DNA of 64,000 bases from the human T2T-CHM13v2.0 reference genome, Homo sapiens. The first letter of the stretch is position 1; the number at the start of each line of letters is the position of its first letter. The stretch lies in assembly GCF_009914755.1 (NCBI RefSeq), contig NC_060926.1, one strand, 5' to 3'. The position numbers and the translations under genes are program-made. The notes under the pieces are model-generated. The model did not search any database. It saw only the letters and a program-made list of their open reading frames with translations, and had not been told where the DNA came from. This document shows positions 45,820 through 63,479 of the stretch, one piece after another.

Positions 45820-46620
45820 TTTAAAGGGGTTATTCTGCCCCGTTCGAACACTTCCAGTGATGAGGATTTACACATCAGAGCCATCCACGTGATGCTTCTC
45901 ATGTTTAGGTTTCTCTGATTTTTAAATTTCTGTTCATAACTTCAGTACATATGTCCTAGATCAGCAGGAACCCCTGGGGCTACAGAGATCACATGTAATA
46001 TCTTTTTACATGACACCTCTTCATATGTTTGGAGATATTTGGCCTTTATCCAATAGAATTTTACTTAGTGTCACATGTTCAGTTCTTTGAAACACATTTT
46101 ACACCTGGCATCAAATTTCCTTTAACCCCTCTGATATCTTCCTTCTGAGCATGATTTCGAAGGCCTACACTTCTTTTGGGATGTCGTACCCAGAAGAAAT
46201 ATTTTTAACATCATAGGTGGACAAATGAGTGGACCACCAGTTTCCATTAGATGTTATTAGGTTTTTTTCCCAGAAGTGCAACCACATTTTTCATATTATA
46301 TTAAAATTGCTGTTAACTATAACTTCTGAGATTTTTCATCTATCAACTATTTATATCACCCCCCTCTCATACCTTTGAAATTGGTTTAGGAGACTCAGGT
46401 GCCTCTATGTAATTTCCTCTTGTCAAAGTCATTCTATTTCTTTAGCCTGCCATGACGTAGTTGCATCCCCATTTCATCATCTAATTGATATATACATTCC
46501 CTTATGATTTGGGGTATCCATAAAATTGATAAAAATGTTCAGGAGGTTTTCATCTAAGTCATTGAAGTTATGAGCAATGTAAGGCTGAATCTTTTGAGAT
46601 ATCTTTCTATATACTTGAAG
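45820..46620 (-). mobile_element. L3/CR1 LINE remnant
   Basis: acttccagtgatgagg, catgacacctcttcatatgtttggag, aaaattgataaaaatg...ttcatctaagtcattga resemble the antisense CR1 RT region. Confidence 0.55.
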
Positions 46621-47206
46621 TGCTCTCATTCATATATTAAATAAATACTGTTCATTCAGTGACTCTGAGTTGAGCACAGTGCCAGTCATATAGCATATAC
46701 CTTAGCAAGATGAATATGTTCTCTTCTAACAGGACGTTTATAGCTTAGATTATATGCCCTGCAATAAATATTATTCCAGATCTAAATAAGGTAATTTATA
46801 ATTAATATTTTAATATTATATTTAAAATCGGTAAAAATTTACCTAATTGCACTACAATTCAATCTCAAGTCTCCATCCTGAAGATGAAAATATGAGACAA
46901 GTGAAGCAACTTACTGAAGTTCCCAAACAAAGTATCTTCTACAATGGCCTTACCTGAAGACCTCGTGAAAAAGAAAATCAGTTTGGACTTATATGCCTTA
47001 ACCTTAAGGCACTCATTCTGAATCTGTATTTTACTAAGCCACCTTCTATTTCAGTTTTGTTGCCAGGTAATAGTTCACCACCCAGCTCAGGCAACTACAG
47101 TAACTCATCACCTCTTGGCCTGAAACATGACTCAAAAGTCTGATGTTTGGTTGTAACATTTTTGTTTGTTCCTTGTTTTTTGTAAGACCCCTTTGTTGGG
47201 GTCAGG

Positions 47207-47516
<310 letters not shown>

Positions 47517-48566
47517 TGGGTTCAGTTTTTTAACTTTCTTGACATTTACAGGTTCATGCACATCCATGAAACACTCTAATTGACTTTGGTGGAACATGAG
47601 GGCTACTTCTGTATTTACAGTGATTTCTTTGCAACACCTCTTAAAATTGAGATGTAAAAAGAAAGAATGTAAAAAACTTAAACTGCAGATGGTGTACCAT
47701 AAAATTTTAATTCATGTTACCTAACATCAAGACAACCTTTTCAGGCTATTAAATTTCAAGGTAAAGGTATCATTCATCAGGCATCTAGAGCAGAGAAAGA
47801 AAATACAAACAGAGAAGACAAATCAGATGAGTCCCATATTTTCTCCACAGTCATCAGTATGTTGTGGCTAAAGACAACGAAGCAACTTCTAAAAGTTCAA
47901 AAGGTAAAGAAATGTGACCCAATCATTGTATAGCCAGCTAAGTTAGAGTTCAAGTATCAACAAGGAATGGAGACATTTGAAAACATGAAAGACCCTAATA
48001 ATTTATGGAATATAAGACTCAAAGAATTCAAGTAAAGACAGTCTTATAACACCTACACTAATAAAAACCTATTCCCTTTGAAAATAGAACTAAACATTTT
48101 TTCAGAATGTAACAATATAAAAAGTAAATCCAAATAATGTAAATAGAATAATATATTTTACAAACGTTGGGATATAAGCAGAAGACGGATGGAAATACAC
48201 TACATTCTAATATCTTCCTTGTTTGTAGCAGAAAGTTAATAGATTTTTTAAATGGAAAACTATGATTACATTAACAATGCATGTCTTTTAATCTGAGTAA
48301 AATATTTTCTAAACTTTAGGTTATTTAAAAATATAAAACAGCACTGTGGTAAGGAAACATTTATTTGAACTCCTTTATTTTGTTTTATTTCAGATATTTT
48401 ATTCTTATAAATTAAAGTAAAATAAATCCATTGATTTTACTATAATAGCTTTATATAGTACAGTCTCATTTTTATTAACAAAAAGTTTATCTTTGTCTTT
48501 CTGTTTTTCCATATGTGTATATCCATAGAAAAATATCTGAAATGAGGTTCACTCATAGTTAATGAT

Positions 48567-49114
48567 TACATTAGTCAGGGTTCTCTAAAGAAATGGAACT
48601 AATAGGATAGATGAATATATGAAGGGGAGTTTTTAAGGGAAATTGACCCACACAATCACAAGGTGAGGTCCCATAATAGGACATCTGCAAGTTGAGGAGC
48701 CAGGAAGCAAGTCAAAATCCCAAAACCTCAAAAGTAGAGAGGCCGGCAGTGCAGCCTTCAGTCTGTGGCTGAAGGTCTGAGAACCCCTGGCAAATCGCTG
48801 GTGTATGTTCACAAGTCCAAAAGCTGAATAACTTGGAGTCTGATGTTCAAGGGCAGGAAGCATCCAGCACAGGAGAAAGATGGAGCCCAGATAACTTAGC
48901 CAGACTAGTCCTTTCACGTTCTGTGCCTGCTTTTATCCTAGCTGTGCTGGCAGCTGGTTAGACGGTGCCCACCCAGATTGAGGGTGGGTCTGTCTCTCCT
49001 AGTCCATTGACTCAAGTGTTAATCTCCTTTGGTAACCCCCTCACAGACACACCCAGGAATAATACTTCGTATCCTTCAATCCAATCAAGTTGACACTCAA
49101 TATTAACCATCACA
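48567..49114 (-). mobile_element. MLT2A (A2-like by length) HERV-L solo LTR
   Basis: attagtcagggttctct...caatccaatcaagttgacactcaatattaaccatcaca; TSD atgat/gtgat. Confidence 0.92.
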
Positions 49115-49379
49115 GTGATGCTTACTTTCATGTGTAAATATTTGGAATAATTGTTTCTTCCTATTTGTGATTTTATGCATTTTTTTACATCTTTGAAAAT
49201 CCATATGCATGGCATATGCAGGAATTTACCATGCATATCCAAATAGAGTGATATTTAGTTTTTGTTAAATAGCTGTAGGCAAAATTTACCAGCTATTAAT
49301 TCTTTGTGGTCAAGCCTTTGTGTTGGGAATATGGATGTGTTGGGTTTCTTATTTTGCCTTCTGACCTCAATCAAGTCTT

Positions 49380-49800
49380 TGTCTTTTCATGTTCTTTTCT
49401 CTGTTCTGAGAGTCTGACTCCCTTGGATTGTGTTACTGACTTTCTTTCCATTTGGCTTCAGATTGCTGGGTTCAGGAAATGGGGAGCAATGGCATGCCAA
49501 TTACAAGGCAAGAGGGAAGGTTGGGGTATTTTTTCCCCACTCCCTATCATATTTGGCAGCATTGTCTGTCAGTGGTCGATACCTTCAATGACTGCAGTTC
49601 CAATGAGGAAGACCACTACCTTAAGGCTCTATTACTCTTCAGATCCTGTAGTGCTATTACCTCCTTTGCTCTTCAGCTTAGAGCTGGCAATGACTTCCCA
49701 CAGCTGCTAATCTCTAGATTTCTCGACATTCGTTCATTCATACTCTTACTTGAAAAATTTCTCAAATTATCTGAGCAGGATTCTGTTTACTGCAGATCTG
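49380..49800 (+). mobile_element. LTR33-like ERVL LTR remnant
   Basis: ggttggggtattttttccccactccc; cttcagcttagagctggcaatgacttcccacagctgcta. Confidence 0.55.
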
Positions 49801-51820
49801 AAATAATTAATAATAAATAAAATTTTGTTTTGTATTTTCTGATATTCTTAATTTGAAAAAGAAAAAAACCCTACATACTACATACATGATTTGTATAAAT
49901 TCACATGATAGGCTGTAGGATTTTACTTCAACATTGAAGTTGTGTAAATATGAATCAGTCCTAGGGTAAAAGTTTGAGTTAATAGTAAAATATTTTAAAG
50001 CAGATAAATATCATAACATTTTACAAAACTTTTTATTTAAGTATTTTATACAAATGGACAAGGAATATTCATTGATTAAATTTATTTTAAAGTGCTATTG
50101 TTATTTACTATTTTTAAATTATGGTATAGCTTTAAGTAGAATAGAATTTTTTTTGGCCAATTAGGTATTCTCTATGTATAAAATTGAATTGCTTAATCTA
50201 CAAAGAGCTTTACATGGATGTTTCTCCTAAAAGAATAAAAGTTCAGACAGTGGGCCCTTTCTCCAACACTATAATAGATTTACGTATGTTGAAATACTGC
50301 AGATAAAAGTGGAGGAAGATAACACTGCCAGATAACATATTAGCTCTAAAGGATTTCTCCCCAGCCCATCCCCACTCTGCCATTGAGCCTTTGCCCTTTT
50401 ACCTCTTAGTCTTTGAAATCAGCTGGGATTTTAGGTAACTGCTGGGAAGTATTAAAACTCATTACTTGGTTGACCAGAATAGTTGCCCTCTCTTATTTTC
50501 CAATAATGCTCTCTGAATGGTTTCCTTAATACTTTTAAAAGATGTGTGGCACTACAGCAGAGTGTAATCTAGGACAGGAATTATAGTTATCGTTTCAGAT
50601 GAGGTGTGTTGAAAGGGGTCAGGATGACGCAGATGGCAGCTCTCAGAACTGGCCTCTTTGTTATTACCATCTGTGTCAACTTGGAGCCTTCATTACAGAG
50701 AAGATGAGAAAAATGAAGCTGTAGCTGTTTTGGGGGAGGGTTTTTTTTTCATTATGATTGATCCTAGTTTGCACACTAGGTGAATGAAACTGAAAAATTA
50801 TTCATGTTTCTGCTAGATATCAGTTGGAACTTTCTATATACATAATTAATGTTTTAAAACTTTTTCCTTCTACACAATTTTCATGCATATATTTATTTAG
50901 AGAAACAGCAATGGTGATGATAAGGTTTTTTATGGAACCTAGTGAAATTTGCAGTATAACCTTTATAGCAAATACATTATTATTGACCAAAAAATGTGGT
51001 TCATTTTTATAACAAAATACATTGGCAGTAGAAATGAGCAAAGAACAAGTATTGAGCAGCAGCCTATATAGAGGGCTTGGAATCCTAAACAGTTTGGAAG
51101 GAAGCTGACTCATTTCAGGGAAATTATGTAGGCCACAATCAACCGCAAAATGAGGAAGGCCAAGAAAATGCTCAGAGTCAACTTTTAGGTTTCTTTTGTT
51201 GAATTCATAGAAAATTACATAATTTAAAGACATTGTTGTAGGGCTACACTGAGAAATATCAAGTGCATAAATGAGTCACAGGGATAAGAAAACTAAAGTG
51301 GATTGGTTTATTCTTCTTAACAATACTCACTAAAGCATTTTTATGCAGTAAGAATGATAAAAGACTTTTTTAAATTTTTAGTACTAGACTATAGGAAGTA
51401 CCATTTCATAATATCACGTATAAAAAGTTTTTTGGAAATTAATACCAGAAACATGTTGCAATATCTGATCTTTTATATATAGTTAAACTTAGTTTAAATA
51501 TATTCAATAAAAGGGTACAATTCTTACAGAATATAAGCCCAGCCATCCTCAATTAACATTCTCATTGCTAATAAAAATTCCTGAAGAAAACATGTTAAAT
51601 ATTAACTATTTGAATGAGGTTCATCTAAATAAGAATGATTGTCAAGATTCAAATGAGTAAATATACAGATTTTAATTAGTGTCATTCCTGGCATTGTGTA
51701 TCATTTCATAAATCAAAAAACTTAACAGAGACTCCCCATTGCATATATGAAAGAACTAAGAGAGGGATAAGGATGCCAACAGGATCTCTTTCAGAAGTGG
51801 GTCCCACTATCACTTCACTG

Positions 51821-52133
51821 TTTTTTTTTTTCTCTTTTTTTTTTTTTTTTTGATACAGGGTCTCCATCTGTCTCCTAGGCTGGAGCGCAGTGGCACAGTC
51901 TCGGCTCACTCTATCCTCTGCCTCCCGGGTTCAAGATATCATCTAGCTTCAGCCTTGCTAGTAGCTGGGACTACAAGCGTGCGCCATCATGCCTGGTTAA
52001 TTTTTGTATTTTTAGTAGAGATAGGGCTTCACCATGTTGGGGAGGCTGGTCTTGAACTCCTGACCTCAGGTGATCCACCCATCTTGGCCTCCCAAAGAGC
52101 TGGGATTACAGGCGTGAGCCACGGCACCCAGCC
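51821..52133 (-). mobile_element. AluS/J-type, full length
   Basis: T tail, Alu dimer ending ggcacccagcc. Confidence 0.95.
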
Positions 52134-52488
52134 CCGTACTATTATTTCTATCTGAAAAATGTGAAATGTTTTATGGCTCTCAATGTGATCACAAATTCCA
52201 ATAAAAATGCCTGAAAATTCACTCACAAACATCATCATAATAATAAGGTAATAATCATCCATTATTTTGCAAGTAGAATGTGAAACCTACAAAAGCAGAA
52301 TTAAATATTGCTGAAAACACTGATCGAGTATGAGCTCAGGTTCAAATAAACTAATACCAAGATGTTAATATATTTATCTATTAATTTTCTTTAATGGAGA
52401 CTTTTAGCCCATGAAAGGTAGAAATCTTCTCCAAAATTAAGGTTCTTTCTAACATACAGTGATCTGTCTGATAGAAATAAAGGAATGT

Positions 52489-52793
52489 GGCTGGGCACAG
52501 TGGCTCACGCCTGTAATCCCCGCACTTTGGGAGGCCCAGGAGGGTGGATCACAAGGTCAGGAGATTGAAACCATCCTGGCCAAGATGGTGAAACCCCATT
52601 TCTACTAAAAATACAAAAAATTAAGCATAGTGGTGGGCGCCTGTAGTCCCAGCTACTCAGGAGGCTGAGACAGGAGAATGGCATGAACTGGGAGGTAGAG
52701 CTTGCAGTGAGCCAAAATTGCGCCACTGCATCCCAGCCTGGGCAACAGAGTGAGACCCAGTCTCAAAAAACTAAACTAAACTAAAATAAAAAT
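52489..52793 (+). mobile_element. AluSc8/Y-like
   Basis: TSD aaataaaggaatg. Confidence 0.95.
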
Positions 52794-53327
52794 AAATAAA
52801 GGAATGCATCCAATAGAAAGCACGGAAGGTAAAAAAAAGTTAGAAATTTCCTAAGGAAAAAAAAATGAGGAAGGAGTCTGTAAATAAACACATAAGGAAA
52901 AATCTTACATCTAACAAGGAAACAATGGTTTGAGGCTATAAATAGTGACTCTCTGTACTTGAGTCCACTTTCAGCTATATGCCCCTAAAAACCCACATGA
53001 TCCCTGTGAAACACAACCTATAGTAGGTGGGTACACCAGATATACAGACTGTATCAGTAGAAAGAAAATTCCTCAAAGAATATTTGGGGTTCCAGATGCT
53101 TCTGCAAACTTAACACTCCAAGTGTTAAGTTGGACAAGAAAGTCAACAAGTTGGTAGATAAGTACAGTAAACTTTAGTATAATGGGAACTGGGTGAGAAC
53201 TGCAAAAGTCTCTGTTCAACCCAGCACACCAAAACTTGATCACACTCTAGCCATGGTAATCCTGGACCATGTCCCTAGGGTTACCTCAACCTCTTTAAAA
53301 TACCAGCCTTAGAAATCTCAGTGCTAC

Positions 53328-54017
53328 TGATATGGACAGGAGACAGGGAAATACTGGGTAGAAGAGGGTGGTTCCCTGGCAAAGACCCTGCCCTCAAGCC
53401 TGGAAACCTGTGGCCCCAAATGGGAACAGACATTCCAGTTTTGGCACCCAAAAGTTGTCTTTTGGCCTGCCACACCCCCCTATTCTGTACCCATATAAAT
53501 CCCAGACCCCAGGCTCTAGAAGCAGACAAGCAGACGAGAGGACTAACAGAAGAGCAGACGGATGGCAGGAAAATGGGGCAGAGAGAAGAGAAGGAGCACC
53601 TGAACGCCAATAGGAATCGGCTGGGGGCAGTCAGAGAGGAGATCAGCTGCTGGATTGTCAACTCCAGGGGAATATCATCTTCCCACTCCATCCCTTTTTC
53701 AGTTCCCCATTCATCCTGCATTCCTTAATAAACTTAATAAAAACCCCTGCATTCCTGCATTCATCCTTCAAGTCCTTGTGTGACCTGATTCTTCCTGGAT
53801 GTCAGACAAGGACCTGGATACCAAGAGGGCATTGAGCTGGTTAACACTTAAGCCATCCATAGATGGTAAATCTAAGAGAGTGTACTGTAACACTCACCCC
53901 ATTGTGATTTCAGAGCTGCAGGTACCCACTCCTGGACGCTGCTCTGGGGCTGGAGACCAGGGGCACTCATTCTGGCTCCTGCACCTGTCCGTTTGCATGC
54001 TCCCCTTCTCTTAAGGG
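53328..54017 (+). mobile_element. LTR1-family (ERV1, HUERS-P2-type) LTR, 5' ~690 bp
   Basis: tgatatggacaggagacagggaaatactgggtagaagaggg start; TATA-like catataaat near 53493; aataaa near 53727-53741. Confidence 0.85.
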
Positions 54018-54031
54018 AAGACTACCTTTTA

Positions 54032-58100
<4,069 letters not shown>

Positions 58101-58343
58101 AAAGAGAATTGCAAAGCTAGTAAGTACCAAATTTTCAAGCAAAGCTATAAATTTTATCTAAGTTCATAAACAAATTTCTTCCAAAAAAAAAAAGAAGAAA
58201 AAGAAAAAGTTGTCCTTAGGCACAAATGGAAATAGTAAGTGTACAAAAATTCTCAATGTTTTTCTGAAGAAGTGTAAAAATGGCAACATGCATATAGAGT
58301 ACAAAAATGAAAACAACACTAATTGTAGTTTGGTAGACTAAAT

Positions 58344-58556
58344 CAGGAGATCAGCAAACTATTTTCTTAAAGATTCATGTAGCAAATATTTTAGCCTTTG
58401 TGGTCCAAGAGACAAAATTGAGGATATGATGTAAGCATTTATAATACATTAAAATGCAATCACTTAAAAATAAAGAAACTATGCTTGGCTTGCTGGCCAT
58501 ATAAAAACACATGGTGAGCCCAATTTTGGCTTATAGACTATAGTTTCTGACTTCTG
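58344..58556. mobile_element. MER58-like hAT-Charlie MITE
   Basis: Terminal inverted repeats caggagatcagcaaacta / tagtttctgacttctg. Confidence 0.75.
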
Positions 58557-58693
58557 GAAATTAATACAAGGGGGTGTTCATCTGAAATCAGGCAATATTT
58601 CTATTCCTCTAGTTGAGATTCTGATCCCTAATTTTAAGAAACACAACGAGAGGACTGTATATACCACATGATTTAATTGTTAAATTGAAGTTC

Positions 58694-59062
58694 TGTATTA
58701 ATTCATTTTCACACTACTATAAAGAACTGCCTGAGACTGTGTAATTTATAAAGGAAAGATGTTTAAGTGACTCACTGTTCTGCATGGCTGGGCAGGCCTC
58801 AGGGAACTTACAATTATGGTGGAAGGTGAAGGAGAACCAAGTACCTTCTTTACAAGGTGGCAGGAGAGAGAGTGTGTGTGCACAGGGGAAACTGCTACTT
58901 TAAAAACATCAGATCTCATGAGAACTCATTCACTATAACAAGAACAGCACAGGGGAAATGGCTCCCATGATACAATCACCTCCCACCAGGTTCCTCTCTC
59001 AACAGTTGGGGATTACAATTCTAGATGAGATTTGGGTGGGGACACAGAGCCAAACCATACCA
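58694..59062 (-). mobile_element. THE1D/MSTA-like MaLR solo LTR
   Basis: tgtattaattc...ggaacttacaattatgg...gggacacagagccaaaccatacca. Confidence 0.9.
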
Positions 59063-60351
59063 CATCTGTGATTTCTGTTTTAATCTACTGGTCTTGGTCT
59101 ACCTTGATTTCCACTAGGGAAAAGGGGAATGTGTCCCCTAGATCTATGTTTCTGTCACATGGTAAATTCTTGAAAAAGATTAGCTATTTTTATTATTATT
59201 AGTCACTATACTAATTAACGTCCTTCTATGGAAACTGCTGTGAGAGATCTAGCCTTCATTGGCCGTCCCTGACTTTTGCTCCTTTACCTCTGTCAATAAA
59301 TTTGTAAGCATCTAATTACTTTAATGAATTCTTTCTTGCTTAAAATATTCAAAGTGTTTTCTGTTTCTTCATTAAACTCTTAACAAATGAAGGGTATAGG
59401 AAAAATTGAAAGAGCTGTTTTATTTTTTAAATATCTACAAGATATTGGGGCATGAGTAGACACCATGGACAACCATATATCGTAACAAAGTGAAACAGAC
59501 CAATAACAATACCTCCCTTTTTCATTGGAACACAAATGAGGGATTGAGGTACACAAGACTGATTCACCATTAAAAAATTCAATAAATGTAATCCACCATA
59601 TCAACATGTTAAAGAAAAAAGTATATGATTATATGAGTTGATATCAAAAATGCATTTGACAAAACTCAACACTCATTTATGATAATGAATCTCAGAAAAC
59701 CTAGGATAAAAGGGGAATTTTCTCACCTCAATAAAATACATTTACACAAAACCTGCAGTTAACATCATACTTAACATACAACACTGAACACTTTTCTCCT
59801 AAGATTTGGAAGAAGGCAAAGATGTTTTCCTATGCTATTAAACAACAAACTGAAAGTCCTCGTTTGTGCAATATGACATTAAAATAAATTCTATTTATAA
59901 ACTATAAAAAGGAAAGAAATAAAACTGTCTTTCATTACAAATGATGTAACTGTCTATGTAAGTAACCTCAAAGAATCCACCAAAAAACTCCTGTCACTAA
60001 TAAGTAGTATAGCACATTGCAAGGTACAATTTAAATGTACAAAGTCAATTGCTTTCCTAAATACCAATAATAAACAATTAAATTTGCAATTAAATAAAAA
60101 ATATACATATATATTTATATTTGATGTTAATTCTTGCCAATTTGATCTATAGATTCAATGCAAACTCAGTCAAAACCCAGAAAACTATTTTGTAGATATA
60201 ATAATTTTCTGAAGTTCATATGGAAAAGCAAAGGCTCTAGACTATCCCACACAGTACTGAAAAAGAATAACAAAGTTGGAGGACTCATACTACCCAATTT
60301 TAAAATTTACTATAAGGCAACTATAATTGAGACAGTGTAGTTTGCCAAAGG

Positions 60352-60391
60352 AAAACAAAACAAAACAAAACAAAACAAAACAAAACAAAAC
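60352..60391. repeat. (CAAAA)n pentanucleotide repeat
   Basis: Direct inspection. Confidence 0.93.
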
Positions 60392-62805
60392 ATGTGAATC
60401 AATAGAATAAAGCATACTAGACCCACACAAATATTGTCAATTGATTTTTGACAAAGGCAAAAATTCAGTTCAATGGAGTAAATATAGACTTATTTGGATG
60501 GCCATATGATAAAATAATCCTAAACACAGACTTTACACTTTACTGAAAAATTAAGTTAAAATGCATCATAGACCTAAATGTAAAATGACAAACTATAAAA
60601 GCTTTAGAAGAAAACGTGGGCAAAATCTACATGCCCTTGAATTTGATGACAAGTTTTTAGATAAAACAACAAAAGGATGATTAATGAAATAAAATATTGA
60701 TCTTCTATTTCATTAAAAATGAAATATTTTATGAAAGTGACTGTTGATAGAATAAAAAGCGAAGCCATGAACGTGGGGAAAGCATTTGCAAAATATATCT
60801 GATAAATGAGTAGTATACAAAGTATGCTAGGAACACTAAAAGTCAGCAATATTAAACCAAAAGACCCAATTAAAAATGAGCAAAATATATAAACTGTTCC
60901 ATTACTAAATGTAACAGATAGCACCTAAGGAAATGATACATCATTTGCTTGAAAATTTGCTTCAAATGAAAACAATGATGATATACCACTACACAACTGT
61001 TGGACTGCGGCTAAGAGCTCCCTCCTGTCTCCCAAATAAACCTGATAACATCAATCACAAGAAAGGAGACTGAGCAACCATTCTTGCTAGTGGAACTGCA
61101 AATGATACAGCCACCCTGAAAGACAGTTTGATAATTTCTTAACAAAGCTATGTTTATTGTATTTTTATTCATAATCACCAAAAACTGTAAGCAACCAGAA
61201 TGTCCTTCAATAAGTAAATAGATAGCATAATACGAGAAATCCATTCAATGAAATACTATTAAATAATAAAAAAGGATGAGGTGTCAAGCCATGCAAAGAT
61301 ATGGGTGAATCTTAAATGCATATTGCTAAGGAAAACTATCCAGCTGGAAAATGCTACTTACCATATGATTATATTCATATGCTATTTTTAAAAAAGGCTA
61401 AACTATAGATATGCTTAACATACCAGTGGTTGCCAGACATTCAGTGGGGGTTTGTGGGATGGGTGACGGTAGTGAAGAGATGGAACACAGAGGTTTTTTT
61501 AGGGAGCTAAGATTATTCTGTGTGATGCTGAAATATTGAGTACATACACTATGAGTCTGTTGCGATCCACAGAACTTTACAAAACAAAAAGTAAACCTAA
61601 CCTTACGCAGATTTTTTAAAAAGTCATTTAGAGGTCAGGAGACTCCAAGATGGAATTCAGGCTGAGACAAAAAATATCTAACTGTATTACAAATGTAGGA
61701 AAAATCTTATCTGAAGGGAGTGGACAATAACAGTGGTGACATAAGTAACTTTAAAAATAAATGGAGATGAGTCTGTAATAGAAAAGGCAAAAGACACTGT
61801 ACATAAGCACTATATTCTAGTTGAAAACCCGGTTTACATAGGGGTATGGATTAACAATCCTCATACCACTATACAAACATAATGGATTTGAACAAGTATA
61901 TAAATGATTGGCTGACAGTGGCTGACAGGCAGTTTTCTTACTTTTGGAATGAGAGATTGCAGTGACCAAGGAGATACGGCTAGAATTATCCATGTGTTAT
62001 TACAGAAGACTTCAATACACCAGTATGAACTTACATTTTGCTTAATATAGATATTCCTGGATATAGAAATATAGATACATTTATAAATATGTGTATATAC
62101 ATGGGTTAATATACTCACACATATATTTTTTCTCTGTCAGTTGAGATAGTCTGGAAGCGTCAACACTGAAGTAGCAATAAGCCCACTTAGCACTTAGATC
62201 TTGGTTCCTAATATTATTCTCTGTTAAAAGGAACCATGAATCTTTGGAGAAATGGCTGGTTCTAGGAGTGAGTCAAGAAATATAGGACATGTGCTTGGAA
62301 TATCTTGTAGGGGCAGAAGGCAAGCAAGTGCAAAAAACCAAAACAAACAAACAAAAATACTCATGATGATAGAATTGTGTCAAAGACACGCAAGAGACAC
62401 AGGAGCCAACTAAAATAGCTCCCAGTGGTGAAAGCTAGAACACTTTGAAAAACAAAATAGTGTTAAATACTGAATATAAACCCCAGCTTAAAAAATATAT
62501 TTGTGAGTCCATACAAATATGTTGCCATATAAATAAATGAATAAACAAATAGGAGAGAAGAGACAAATCTCTGATGCAGAAAATTTCGAAGCAATTTACA
62601 TAAAGAGTAAAAGTAACATAGATGAGTATCTACATTACACTCTGCCCTCAAGGAGGTAGAGAATAAGCCCTCATTCTTTAAATGTAGGCTGTGCAGTGAC
62701 TTCCTCCCAAAGACTACAGTGTAGAAAGGGGGAAAAAAGTAAGTTTATGGTCAAGGAAAATGACAAACTCTATCAGCTACGTGATCAAGATTAACATCAA
62801 CAGTA

Positions 62806-62944
62806 CTACATTTTAGGTGCTCTTACCTCACACGCAAAAACAATGTAAAGTGATAGATACGTGAATTTGCTTGATTATGCTAATTATTTCAGTATGTGTA
62901 AGTATATCAAGACATGTTGTACAGTTTAAACATACACAATAAAA
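62806..62944 (+). mobile_element. short L1MA-type 3'-terminal fragment inserted in older L1
   Basis: gtgatagatacgtgaatttgcttgatt...catgttgtaca; flanked by atcaacagta/atcagtggta. Confidence 0.6.
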
Positions 62945-63126
62945 TCAGTGGTAGATTATGCTTATAGTATCTACTTTTAACATAATGTGATGAGAATTGC
63001 ACTTTACCTTGTGGTCTTCCTTTTAAAAACCAATAACCTATGTCTTATGATGAGAAAAGCATTAGAGAAAACCTGACTGATTCTGCAAAGTACACGATGA
63101 GTACCCCCTCAAAACTCTCAGGTCAT

Positions 63127-63479
63127 TGCATTAGTCTGTTTACTCCCTGCTGATAAAGACATACCCCAAGGAAGAAAAAGAGGTTTAATTGAACTTACAA
63201 CTCCACATGGCTAGGGAGGCCTCAGAATCATGGCAGGAGGCAAAAGGCACTTCTTACATGGCAGCAGCAAGAGAAAATGAGGAGCAAGCAAAGGGGAAAT
63301 CCCGATAAAACCATTGGATAGTGTGAGACTTATTCACTGTCATGAGAATAGCATGGAAACGACGGTTCTCCCGTGATTCAATTACCTCCCCCTGAGTACC
63401 CCCCCCCAACAACATGTGGGAATTCTGAGAGATACAATTCAAGTTGTGATTTGGATAGGGACACAGCCAAACCATATCA
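63127..63479 (-). mobile_element. THE1A-like 3' LTR
   Basis: gaggcctcagaatcatggcaggaggcaaaaggcacttcttacatgg; ends gggacacagccaaaccatatca. Confidence 0.9.

Larger units (their letters stand above)
59565..63120 (+). mobile_element. old L1MC/MD-type element (ORF2 3' part and long 3'UTR)
   Basis: Degenerate ORF2 (KKNNKVGGLILPNFKIYYKA); L1MC-like 3'UTR motifs. Confidence 0.75.

Noticed and set aside
50820-51233. 137-aa minus-strand ORF in unique DNA
   Set aside because: Composition typical of random AT-rich DNA (F/L/I/N/K rich); no family resemblance
53281-53728. Overlapping 135-146-aa ORFs on both strands
   Set aside because: Chance ORFs in the GC-richer LTR1
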